Positions 33,990-47,027 of a stretch of 64,000 bases of DNA are shown here, one piece after another. Origin of the DNA: Azolla caroliniana (Eukaryota; Plantae; Polypodiophyta); contig JBHGNT010000012.1 of NCBI GenBank assembly GCA_043228905.1, forward strand, positions 372,001 through 436,000, read 5' to 3'. A model generated the notes under the pieces. It was not told the DNA's origin. It made no database searches and saw only the letters and a list, made by a program, of their open reading frames with translations. Each line of letters opens with the position of its first letter. Position 1 is the first letter of the stretch. The translations under genes were made by a program, and so were the position numbers.

Positions 33990-35155
33990 AATCCCCTTTT
34001 TTAAGTAACATGGGGGTCAACCAAGGATGTCCACTATCACCCGCACTCTTTGGCTTATATATTGATAAATTAGAAGAAGTGGTGAATAAGGTTACAAGAG
34101 AAGAAGGATTGAATGCCCCCAAATTGATGCAACATGTTATATTATTGCTTCTATATGCAAATGATGTGGTACTCTTCCCATATGATGTTGATAGTATGCA
34201 ACATTTACTTGGGGTATTAGAAGAATTTTGCCATAGTAGTGGACTAGCAGTCAATGTGGAGAAAACAAAATTGATGGTAATGCAAACCATCAAACTTCAT
34301 CATTACCCAATGCTCACATATAGAGGTGAACATATACAATTTGTTCAAAGCTTTAAATATCTTGGTATTGATGTACCCGTCACTGTAAATAAATGGAGTG
34401 CATGCTTTGATTTTAGGCTCCAAGCTGGTTGGAAATCGTATTACCTTTTGGAGAACCAATGCAACCAAAGTGATACTTGTGGATGGGAAGTAAAACTAAT
34501 GTTGTCCAATGCCATGGTAACTCAAATATTGCTTTACGGAGTAGAAGTATGGGGTGGCACCATCTCTCTTAATGCATGGAATGAGATTGAGAAAATTCAA
34601 AAGATGTTTTTAAGGAGGCAATTAGGGGTTAAATGCACTACCTCTTACCAGGTTATGCTCTTGGAAATAGATGTTCAGCCCATAGAAATATTAGCACTCC
34701 AATGAGTATATAAATACATTACAAAAGGCAAGAATATGCCGAATCATCGATTACCACATCTTGCTTGGAATGTTGGATGTAAGCTACAAAAGAATCATAA
34801 GAGTAAGATTCTATCATCCGGTTGGGTTGTTGACATAAGGAAATGGTTAAAAAGATGGGGTGTGGATGAACTTTTAGAGCTTTCGGGCGATGTTATGCAT
34901 TATGTAATGATTGAGGAAAGGTTGGCGGAATCGTTAAGGATGAAATGGGAAGATGCTAAGAGGACAAAGCTAGAATACTACATTGCAAATGTCAACCCTG
35001 AATGTTGGTCAGATCAATATAAAGCATGAATGCCTATTGATCGTATCCAAGCTTTTCTCATTACCAGTATGAGTAGTAATACTCGTAGAGCCCTTACACT
35101 ACTTCGCACTCAATCTCACAAGTTAGGTATTGAAGTTACATCATGGTATCAAAAT
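33990..35155 (+). mobile_element. 5'-truncated, degenerate non-LTR retrotransposon (RTE-like LINE), RT C-terminal half
   Basis: GVNQGCPLSPALFGLYID, LLYANDVVL (YADD mutated to YAND), GLAVNVEKTKLM, FKYLG, ILLYGVEVWG, IEKIQKMFLR, LRTQSHKLGIE. Stops at 34703-34705 and 35027-35029. Boundaries approximate. Confidence 0.85.
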
Positions 35156-36381
35156 GTAACTAATTTGTCCCATAGGTCAAAACTGGCCTCTTTATGGACG
35201 ATAAAAATTCTAAATCTAATCCACGAGTTAGTTATTGTGCCTCTTCATGTGTGTGCATGACATCATCTTACTTCATTTTCAATGATGACATGTGTGTGTG
35301 TGATTGTCAACCAAGTTCACATTACATGTTATTGTCATGTTGACCCTTGGCTATTAATCACAATCCATGCCACGTCACTCATACCGTCCTTGTTCCAAGA
35401 GCATATATGATATGACATGCACAAGTATCTAATATTTGAAACTTTTGGAAGGTTTTAGAATACAGTCTTTTGAACAAAAATGTTTGGGATGCTTGTTAAT
35501 GACAAGTAATGGCAAATTTTGTACGCAAATTATTCCGGAGAAGTGACTACATATTTTTCATAAGGTATATATTACACGATTTTATTCGCATGCTCAATTT
35601 TGCAAGTTCTTGTAGTCGTTTTTTCCCGATACTCAACAATTGTGACTCTTCTTTCTTTATAATGTGCTCATTGAAACCATATCTCGTTTCAAGCAACAAC
35701 GTAAGATATGCCTTTACGACGACGTAGGTGCATGAGATCATAGGTTTTAAAATATTTTAGAGAATTCAATAACTCTTGTTTTAATAGAACATTAATTATA
35801 CTAATTATATAATGTAATTATATTGTATGTACCACATAATTGCTTCATGAAAGACATATTTATGATCGTTATATTGTAAACATCGGGTATTAGAATTACA
35901 TATAAAATGATAAATATTGAGCCACCTGTAACTATCACTATTTAGCTTGGTCTGGCACATGTGTCAATAGAAAGTACGTTTAGCATTGCTCACTTAAAAT
36001 GCTAGTCTAAAATGCTCCTCCCCTCGTTAACGGTTTTGATGAAGAGAAAGTTAAACATTCTTTAATTCTTGAAGCATTGCATTTGTCTACATATACCACA
36101 AGAAGCTATATAAAGGCAAAGGTAATTAATTACAAATGAAATTTAAAACAGCGAAGAGTCAAAGGTCAAGAGGCCAAGAGGACAAGGAGGATATATTATA
36201 TATGTAAGAGTGACATGACATCCAATGTCCAAAACATAAAGCACATTAATCAAATCATAGTGGTTATAATAAGTAGCACGTAGCGTTTCTCAAATCGAGA
36301 TGTCAAACCACGTCACTACAAATAGCAACACTTTTCGAATAACATTATTTTTTTATTGACAACACAAGTTGGTCGAGGTGG

Positions 36382-36497
36382 AAATAGTCATTTTGTATAA
36401 AAGCAACTTATGGACTTATGGATGAAATTATCTTTCACAAAATAGTCATTTTGTATAAAAGCAACTTATGGACTTATGGATGAAATTATCTTTCACA
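36382..36497. repeat. Exact 58-bp tandem duplication
   Basis: aaatagtcattttgtataaaagcaacttatggacttatggatgaaattatctttcaca at 36382-36439 and 36440-36497. Confidence 0.9.
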
Positions 36498-36622
36498 AAC
36501 TGAGCTTCTTTGGGGTATCTCGAGTGTTAAGTTGTGGTTATTATATCTAAAAAGTGTCCATACTTTTCTCCTGAAATAAGTGTATAACAATTATTTGTAT
36601 AAGCGGTATCCATCCCAAAGTA

Positions 36623-36663
<41 letters not shown>

Positions 36664-38948
36664 ACTTGAATGTGAAAATGTTATGCAAATGATAATGGTT
36701 TCCTACATTTAACATCAAAGCTAAATGAGAATGAGAATGATAAACCTAACCTAAATCAAGAGACAATATGTATGTTTCTATCTTCTTATCATATAGCATA
36801 GGAATTTAAATGGTTTTTAGGCATTATGTAGGTTTTCTTTGAGGAGCAACAAACCAAGATCAATGTATAAGTGACCAAAGAATCTCCACATCTACACAGT
36901 TTAAGATTCTCAAAATAAGATGGATTGTAATTTTGTGTGCGAAAGATGTCTTGCACAGGTCAATCCTGCAAAATGGAGCCATCTCCATAGTTAAGGGAAG
37001 CATTTACGATGATGAGAGGTAAATGAATGACCTTGATTTGTCTGTCCATGGCAAGAGAGATACATATAATCTGTAGAAGTGTTGATATCTCTTCTCTTCT
37101 GAACTTTTTCGGAGTCTCTGCAGACTGCAATCATTACTCCTCCTGTTGATGGCTGAAACACTCATTGACTTGCACCATGATTTGCCTAAGGGTCACAAGA
37201 TTGATTCAATCCAATCGCCCATTGGCGTATTAATTACTGATTAATGTGCAAACTTCCTTAAATAATACAGTTCAATCAAGTGTATTATGCACTCTCATTA
37301 AGGACTACATTCACCTCTTGCATACATGGGGAGTGATCAAAGTCAAAATTTAAATGTCATATAGGAAGACCCATCATCCATCACCCTCGTTACCATCCTC
37401 ACACTCCAGAATTACTTGCATTATCCATTGATTAAAAGCATTATATACCTAATAATAGGGAAGACATGGATTTGTCACAAAACTCTTCCTTGCTAATTAA
37501 ATTTTTCTAGAGGTTTCTACTAATAGAGTAAAGAACAAGAGAATATAGCTCTATGGAACGTCATAGATCAACTAAGATAATTGTTTTGTGTGTGAGAGTG
37601 TGAGGCAAAATACCAAACACAAGAACTTATATTAACAAACTGGGGTGGCATTACAACAAATACTCTTCATCAAACGTTAATAAACTATATATGTAACTGT
37701 AATTGACATTTTATACAAGAGGGACGACCTAGTTGATATATGGCTTCTATGCAAGTAGACAAAACTTTGAATCCATCTAGGAATACTTGGAAAGTGAGTG
37801 AGATATCTAAATTACCCACTTCATTCCATGCAACAATATTGGCATCTCTTATTCATTAGGTCAATGGTGGGCTTTGACACACATTTGCTGGAGGACTATA
37901 TGTGGTTGAGCTTGTTATCTCAATACTAGGCCCATCTATGCATCAAAACTTTGGGGGTTCAAGAATTGTGAACTTCAAGTAGTGTTGAGGATGCCAAAAG
38001 GAGAAACTTAGATAAGTAGTGTAACTACTACTTTGTGTGATCCTCAAAAGTCTGCTCATGATAAGCGTGTTGATATCCCATGATGTAATGTGGCACACAC
38101 TTGATGAGGTTTGCACTTAGTCTTATATAAAAACTTCTATTCGAGCACTATAAAACTTGGGTATGCCTGAGAGAAATTGGTTGTAATCGTGACTACTATT
38201 TGTGGATACCTCTTTGCACCATTTTGAGAAGATAAAGAGGGAGAAAGGGGAAAGATGATTGTACTTAGATGGTCCTTTTTTAGAGAAATGTGGTGACTAA
38301 CCTTGGGGTCCCATCTGCGGTTATTTTTAGAAGCCATGTGTATTATGCATAACAAAACCCAAATTCTGGAATCTTGATGGAATGCTATCAATTTTGATTG
38401 ATCTATGGCGTCAAAAGCCCTTTCGCACCCAACAAATGATCATGTGCAAGACAAATATCTTCAATAGTAAAATCTTGCGTTGATTCAAATGTTACTCCAT
38501 GGATGCGAAAACAACAAGGGGAACCAAAACAAATAGGATGATGAGGCATGGTTTTGATTGTTATCTATTGTTAATGTGATTTTGCTTAGAGTGCAACCAT
38601 TTTAGATATATATTGAGCACATCAATGTAGACATGATCAACAATCAATCAACAAAATGTATGGTTGTGTTACGGTTTTGAATTGCGCCAAGAAAATGTGG
38701 ACCACTCATTAATACAATTGCCAATGTCCCTACTCAAGTCCCCAAACTCAAATAATGATGAGTATATTATAAAATGACTGATACATATTGGTGACATTGG
38801 GTCATGGTTCACAAAGTTGTGTGCTTGCATGTTGTTTAACCATGTAATCATAATCCTAGCTCAATGAACCAACACTTAATGACAAGGTGGGGAAGCTACT
38901 TCAACCCTTATTTCTTATTCAATTGTCATGTGTGTACGTATGAAATGC

Positions 38949-39826
38949 ACAAGCAATACTCCTAAATCTTTCAACATACTATACCCTTTTTGACACTATG
39001 TAGAAATTGAAATTATTATCCTTCTATATTTAGCCACTCAATCTTGTACATTTTATTGGCTACCTTGAGTATTTTAATTAGTGGAAATGAAGAGAGCCGA
39101 ATCAAAAATTTTATGTCCTAGAATCCGTGCAAGAGAGTGATAGACCGAAAGGTTGAATGTAGTAAGATTTCAACCAATGTGTACAAATTACTAAACTTAT
39201 CTTTGAGTGAATTCAACCCCCACATTCCATATTTGCATGTAATGAAGTGCTGAATGTAGTAAGATTTGAACCCATGTGTGTGAGTTAGTCAATTTTGAGG
39301 TACTATTGCCAAAAAGCCTTTACTTTTTAAATTAGTGCATAGACAATTGAGAAAAAGTAATAAATAGCTCATTCCTCATGTACCATGCGTAAGGCTTGAT
39401 GTTGTGTGGTAGACATTTTATACATTGGTGTGTGCTAAGATCAAGGGAAGGACAGTATGAAATGTTGTTGTGAACCTATCTGACACCAAGTTAAGTGTAT
39501 GAAAAGATGATTAAACCAATGGAATTGCTAGCACCAAGTCTACATGTGCATGAAACATCTATCCACACAAATTGAACTAGTAGCATGAAGTTTATATATA
39601 GACTTTATTTTATGTCACCTATAATAAAGCATAGGTAAGTAACTAAAAGATATGATATAGGGAACTAATCACAACATGAAAACTTTAGCTTTTGTATATG
39701 ACATGAGACTCTAGAAATGCCACACCTTGTTGCTTCTAGATTCACAAGCTTACCTCGTTGAAAGTTCGAAAATTGAAACAAGCAATACTCCTAAATCTTT
39801 CAACATACTATACCCTTTTTTGACAC
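38949..39826. repeat. 48/49-bp direct repeats about 830 bp apart
   Basis: acaagcaatactcctaaatctttcaacatactataccct(5-6)gacac at 38949-38996 and 39778-39826, differing only by one T. Confidence 0.85.
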
Positions 39827-40326
39827 ATTGGTTCATTAAATTTCTTGTGCGTTTCCCAAGGTTATGGATTGAACTATTAAGCAATGGGTTTGAGTTTATA
39901 GTATTTACAATTTAACGGGAAACCAGTTTATATAGAGAGAGACATGTGTGACCAAGTACATTGGGATTGTGATGGAAGAGTTGAATAATACTAATAAAGT
40001 AGGATATTACAATTGTCATTAAGTTAAATGAATACATTGTCAATATCCACCAGTCAACTCTACATGATAGAAGTCATCATGAGCATTAAACTACAAATCG
40101 TGACACCTCCTCAAAGTTATAGGCTACTCTCAAATTGCGAGACAATCTTGTTGGAGTATCTATACAAACCTTATCTTTTTCGGAGAAAATGGTTGTGCAA
40201 TTCCCTAAATGTGGGACGAAGCTTTACAAAGCTCTAAAAAAATGGCTTCAGCATTTATTGAAATTTGATACAATCATATCATCACTTACTCATTTCCACA
40301 AACTTTGGGTTGAAAAAAACACTGAT

Positions 40327-40550
40327 CTATTTCTCTATTGAAATTGCTGAAGTACCGTTCACAAGAGGATGAGCATGACCATTTACTTTGTTGCCATCTG
40401 ATTCATCATACTTTACTGACTTCTCTATGCCAGGTGAATTATTTATGGCCAGTTTTCTACAGGTAGTGAAATCAATTTTATTGATTCGAACACAACATAG
40501 AACATGCTCAGGTAGTTCTTCCGGTCTATTTCCCTACATTTAACAAAATG

Positions 40551-40599
<49 letters not shown>

Positions 40600-43500
40600 G
40601 AAAACACACAATTATACTGTAAATGTGTGTGAAAAACACTACCATGGTACCACAATGGAGTATGGTCACCACTACACAAGTAGTGGAATATTTTGAATAG
40701 CCAATAGGTAAGACGGACATTCCATTGAGGAAAGAATTTCTACTTCCTCTAATAAAGAAAATTGTCACATTACTCCCTTCATCTTTTGTAGACACGCTTC
40801 ATGTCTACCATCAAATATGAAAGCATTACAGATATCCCAATTACGATGCAATCCCCAATATCTCAGAAATAGAAAAATGATCTCCATCTCTGATTTTGGG
40901 TTTTGGCCTGTGAATTTGTGCAAATAACTATTGTCTTGGTATCAAATAGCACTGTGACAAAACTTGCCAAATTTGAGAAATGTAACTCCAAATTTGACAA
41001 GCAATTGAACATTGTATAAAACGATGAATACCATCTTCCAGTTGAATAGTGCGAAAGAAGCATGAATATCCCTTATTAGGATGACACAAGTATCAAGAAA
41101 ACTTGTGTACTTAAGGTCCAATGGGTCAACATTGTTGGCCTCTATGGATGCATATCTAATCCAATATCTCTCTCTAAACCCTCCCACGAAACTCGGCTCT
41201 CGAAGAGCATTGAACACTTTTCCAAACTTGCTCACAAGTTAGGTGTTGAGGTAGCACCATAGCATCATCATCCTAGTATGAAGATATGCAAGGTATGCAA
41301 TGAAGACCTAGTGGAACACAATATCACTTCTTGCATGCTCAAGGTATAAGGTAATTTCTGAGAAGAATGATGACTATTAGATGAACAGCTATGGATAATA
41401 CGGCAGAAGTTGCTTGCTTGCTTGTGGGGTAGAACCAAGGTGGTGGATGAAGCCGCTGCTTCATCATCGTGATGAAGACGATTAACGCTATTTTTCGGCT
41501 ACAATAAAGTCAGATGGCTTGATGGGGATTAGATGGACACTATCATTTAAGATTCATAGTCAATTTCCCATCAAGAAGGGGGGGCACATATGTGCATGTA
41601 TAATTTTCAAATATAGAGTTTTTACTACAGAGTAATAACCCTCCTTAGGAAGGAGTTACATACAAAATCATATGTTTATTTGGTCCCATAGGTCAAAATT
41701 GGCTTCCTTGTGAACAATAAAAAAAATCTATCCAACTCTCTAAATGTTTATTTATAACACTAACATCAGGAAGTAATGCAGATATTTATTTTATTTACCT
41801 TAGGCTCATAGGTCATTTTTGCCTTTCCAACACGTAATTATAACATTTTATTTTATTTTATTTATCTTTCTAACTGAGCAAGGAAAAAATTAATGGTGGT
41901 ATGACCGTAGAAAAGTATGCTTTAAATCACATGGCATGATTACAGATGCACTCTCTTATCCAATATAGCATGAACTGTGGAAATGAGTAGAAAGATGTAT
42001 CACAATAAATCCCTTTACATAATTGCTCATCTCCCTAGCACTTCTCTGTGTCATAAGACAAATAAGAACCTCTTCATTTCAGTCAAAAGATAGTAACAGA
42101 TCAAAAAAACTATTTGTCAATTATGAAACCACGAGTTGAAGTATTTTAGTTATGTTTTCCTTTGTTTGGTCTACTGTGAATCAGATTTCCCAGCCTATTT
42201 GAAGGGATTGTTAAGAGTCAGTCTGGAGAGTAATAGAAATGAAGATAAAACACATATGGGCCTATCCTTGCTCGAGTTCAGGCATGTGAAAGACAATATT
42301 TTCTTTCATAACTTCATAATACATAACAAACTCCCAGGTCTTGGTTACATTTATATCACGCTTGGAAGGCATTTTAAACCAAGATTATTAGAAGAAAGTA
42401 ACTAACCTGTATTGTCAAACCAAGATCTAAAATGCATAACTTAAGTCTTTCTCGGAAGGATTCCACCCCTTTCCGTGCAAGATAGCTGAACCGATGCATA
42501 TCCAAGTCTACTTCAAAGTAACCTTCACCCTAAAACCAATTTCAGAAAGATAAGTCGGAGACTTTGGTTATGAAACAAGTATCACAACTATATTTCTTTT
42601 CACAGCTAATCCCAAAAAACCGGTCAATTCCGAAAAATAGCCAATACCTCATAAAAGCTATGTTGTGGTCTAGAGAGAACTGGCTTCTCGTTATATGCAT
42701 ACACAACCTTTCTTTCAGGTGCACTTAAGTGAAGATCCTCTGGATTTACTACTCTGCCAAGTATTTTCAGCCTCTCCCTGAATGATATGACCGAATCCAT
42801 GGCAAATCCTCTGATGCATTCAGTCTCATCGTTTAGTATTTTCTGTTTCAATCAAAACCCAAGTTACACCATGCAAGTTTTTCAAATACTAAAATGCTTC
42901 AATACACAACATATAGGTTTGTAAAGATATTTAATCAGAATTACAGCAGATTATTTCACACTCATTTCAACTACATTATTCTGGCCGCAATCCCATATTG
43001 TAGATGGTTTAACTTCCAGGATATGCACTCAACCACCACATACATTCAAGCTTATAAGTCTAGATACTTGCTTCAAAAGTTCAAAGGCTTGAAAATCCAT
43101 CTCATTGATCTCTTGAATGGTCTGTAATAGAGTGACCAGTATTTCTATCGCTACTTGCTACAGAAAGTTCAAAGGTTTGGATAACCTTCTCATTGATATC
43201 TGGAAGGCACTGTAACAGCGTGTCTGTTATTTCTATAGCTAATTGCTTCAAAAGCTCAAAGGTTTGGACATCCTTCTCATTGATCTCCTGAATGAGCTGT
43301 AACAGAGTTACCGGTACTTCTGTAGCTATTACTCCTCTTTAAGCCAAAGTATTACAGATAAAACTAGTCTTTGATCGAGAAAAATAGTTGAAGCATTAAA
43401 AATTATATGGCACCCGAATATCTTTACATCCATAGTCTCTTCCTTTGCATCACCACTTTTTGTAAATTGCCATTAGCTCTTGACAAATGTTCACATTGAC

Positions 43501-46500
43501 TAATGCTCCAAACTGCATGCATTCTATGTAAAAAAGTGTTTCTCTGTATACAATTTACATTCTTACTCACAAATTGTGAAGAGGAAGGCATTTCAAGATG
43601 TTTGCATGAGAATCTATCAAATCTTTTTCCATGCATTTAACTACAACCATATATCAATACAACTTTAACGTGCCGTCTGGACAATTAAACCCTGTCAGTT
43701 TATTAGAACATTTCTGGTAGAATTGATTAAAATAAGTGGAGCTTCACCAAATGATGATTATAGAACCTACCAGAAACATGTCTTGGAAATAAGAAGGAAG
43801 CTTCTTATATCTTTCAGAAAGTGTGTAATACATCACTAGGTTTATACCTTCTCCATCAGTCTCATTTAAAAAAATCGCTGCTGGATACATTGGAATCTAC
43901 AAAATATGAAACATAATAAATAATAAAAGTAATGGCAACAAAAGAATTTGCATCATGAAAGTAAATAAACAAGACACCTGGATATTGAGAATGAGAATTG
44001 ATGGTAAATTCCCAACTTTACCACAGCTTGGAAGTTCCACATGTCTAGCTATATGACTGATTTTCTTAGGTGACAAGAAAACATCCACACCAAACGGTTC
44101 ATACATTGCATATTCTGAAGCCAGAATTTTGATTTTATCTCTACATGATGACAAATAGAACCAGTCAAGAAAATAGAAGCTTCCTTTCCTGCATATTGTC
44201 TAGCGCATGTGCAGGGACTTTACACTATGTCTCTCAAGTCAAAACGTACAAGACAAGCAAAAAACTTTCGGATAGCCATGATAAGCTTGAATATTTCATG
44301 GTGTGAAATTGGTTGTATCTATCTTCCTCTAGGATTTCTTGCAATCAAATTTAAGCATGAACAAGACAAATCAACCTAGTAATCGTGTCTGAAATCTACA
44401 AGCTAGGTCTTATACTAATTTTGGAGCAAATGTACTTCACACACTTGTCATGTTGGATTCCTTATATTCAAACATAATTTAGAACATTACAACAACAAAA
44501 GGTTGCTATAAAGGTAACAAAAGCGTATTCAATAAACCTAGCTGGATTTTTAACTCATAAAACAATTGAAGAAATTCAAAGATAAGTTGTGAGGGTCTTA
44601 ATTGCACTACAAATGGTGTGTTCACCTTTCAATTCTGTGCATTTAGCTAGATTCAGACATGGCTGATAATTACAAAGTATATTCTTGCAGATTCATGCAT
44701 AAATCGTATTGGATTGTGTATTTTGAGCTGTGGAACTAGTTATCCAAAAACTCATGTAGCTATCCAAAGTGACTATGTTCAGGGACACCATTCTTTGGAA
44801 TCAATATGCGTTTTGTGTGACAATGTGCTCTGTGGCTCACTATTGAGGGTCATAATTGTGCTGTAAACCCTTTGTACTGGCTGGTTTCCCATTCATCTGA
44901 ACTTTAAAATTATTTCAAAATCCCGTCTATGTCCTAAGATCTAAAGTTACAATCTAAATCTGAATTAAAGTTAGCAGACTTCCAGTCAATTTAGAATGAA
45001 ATATAGCAGACTTGAGACTTTCGTTAGAACATGTGAGTGAAGTTTCAAGGGTAATCAAGGAAACACCTCAAATAGTTTTCGCTCCGAAGTCTGAATGTCG
45101 AAGGATCAACCGTAGACCAGGATCCATCACTGGCTTTATCTTTGCCACAATATGGGATCTGTAATCCTGCACCAGGTCTTTCTAAAGCAACATTGGACAT
45201 AACTGCAGAAAAACAAATGAATAAAAAATACAACTTTAATGTCAAATAGAAATGTGACCCAATAATCCTTCTCAGGAATGTAGAAGTAGATATGAGAACA
45301 TACAAGGGTCAGATTCAATGTTATAAAATTCACAATTAATAAACCAAGAAATACCCCGAAGTTTTTCTTTACTTCCCCAAATGCCCCTAATGTTTCTTTG
45401 TTTTCCAAATGCCCTGTTTAACTCCCAATGGGAGGAAAAGTAGATGAATAGACAAATCTAATTACTCAGAATAGCTCATAAAATTGAAAAAAGGAGGGTG
45501 AATTGATGATATAAATAATCAAATAGCACATATAATTGCTCTTTCAGGTATTGATGAAGAGCATTTCAGGAAATAAAGAAAACCCAAGGGTATTGCAAGG
45601 TTTTTCCGTAAATGTGATAAAAAACCAGACATTAAATACGTACATGGATCTGGTTCAAGATTATCATTCGAATGCCGCCTGAATGGTAACCGAATAAGAG
45701 CATTTTTACCCTTCAGTATTCCCGGACTTACAGGTGTTTTCTTATCATTGAAGCTAACAGATGGAATCAATCGAGGTAAGCACGATCTTTGAAATGAGCT
45801 TCCATGTTCTTCACTATCTGTCATATTTCTTTTGAGAATATAATAGATTGTATAATCACAAGCAATTGTTACATAATATTAAATATAAATATCACCTTTA
45901 TTTAAGTCTTCATTGTGTGTTTCCCTCTGTTCTGTCTCTAAAACTTCACCTACTGAAGATACCTGAAGAAAAAAATCTCCTAGCCTTTTCTTCTCTGTTG
46001 GACTAGACCTACCACTGTTTTGTCTTAAAGTATTGGTATCTATCACGAGAGTCTGCATTCTCTCTCTCAATGAGTCAAATGTTGGCCTTTCTTGTCCTTG
46101 AGAATTGTTAGGAGCATTGATTACAATAGGCAGAGAATCTGAAAGAGTAAAATTCCAGTTCACACACAGGGCTTCCGATGCAAAGATAGGCACTTGATTT
46201 TAAGATATATCCATTCGATACTATAAAGAAGAAAATAACACCTACCACCATTTACACTCCTAAAATCATCTTCGGAATCTGACTCCAACCAAAGATGTGA
46301 TTCATACCAAGTTTCGTCATTGCTTGCTGTAGTACATGATACCATGTCAGACTTAATGAAAAATATCTCTTTGATAAAACAACGTAGTTGGCCTTTTCTT
46401 AATGCAAAAGTATGAGCAATGTGATATCTGATTCCATCTCAAGTTACTGTTATACATGGTAATAATATTTCCAAACTTAACAACATTATAAGTAGTTTTG

Positions 46501-47027
46501 GTCAATCATGTAAGCATATAAGTGTATATTTTATTTAGATAGATAGATAGATGGATAAAGAAAGAAGAAAGAAAGGTACATCAACATCACACTGAGCTAC
46601 ATGCCACCATTTCTCATAAATGATGTATTGTGCACTATAACTTTTTTGTATTCCACATACTTGATTACCATATGACATAAAATTAGTATGTTTATACACC
46701 CATCATTCCCCAAAGCCTAATATACCAAGGGAAAGGCTCAGAAACAACAAATATACAACCTACAGACACATCAAATTTTCACAGAACATCAAAAGAACAT
46801 GTCCAAAACGTTTCGCCATAAATACCATATGAGCTGTTTCGTGAATCGTTATTGATTTGATATCGCTGATGTTCTTGAACATTCAGTTCAGCAGTTTGTA
46901 CAACTGAGCCTTCTTCTGTTTGTATGAACCTACCGATACCCTTCTTCGGAATCCAAGAAGAAGCCACCTGTGTTCTTTTCTTTTTCTTCGGTGCAAGGCA
47001 CCCAGTAACATTGAAGCATCCTCCCAT
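40327..47027 (-). CDS. DUF1336 / EDR2 C-terminal-domain protein (CW14-like family), multi-exon
   Basis: Starts [10 protein letters not shown] at 47027. Exons include [96 protein letters not shown]...[36 protein letters not shown] and a last exon 40533-40327 [22 protein letters not shown]...SIEK*. Confidence 0.88.
43065..43326. repeat. Three diverged ~87-bp tandem repeats in a DUF1336-gene intron
   Basis: Units 43065-43151, 43152-43239 and 43240-43326 share ta-ttgct-caaaag-tcaaagg-ttg...ctcattgat-tc...ctgtaa-ag. Confidence 0.85.

Noticed and set aside
36900-38900. Degraded retrotransposon internal region or LTR
   Set aside because: Composition is suggestive, but no diagnostic motif, PBS, paired LTR or TSD could be identified.
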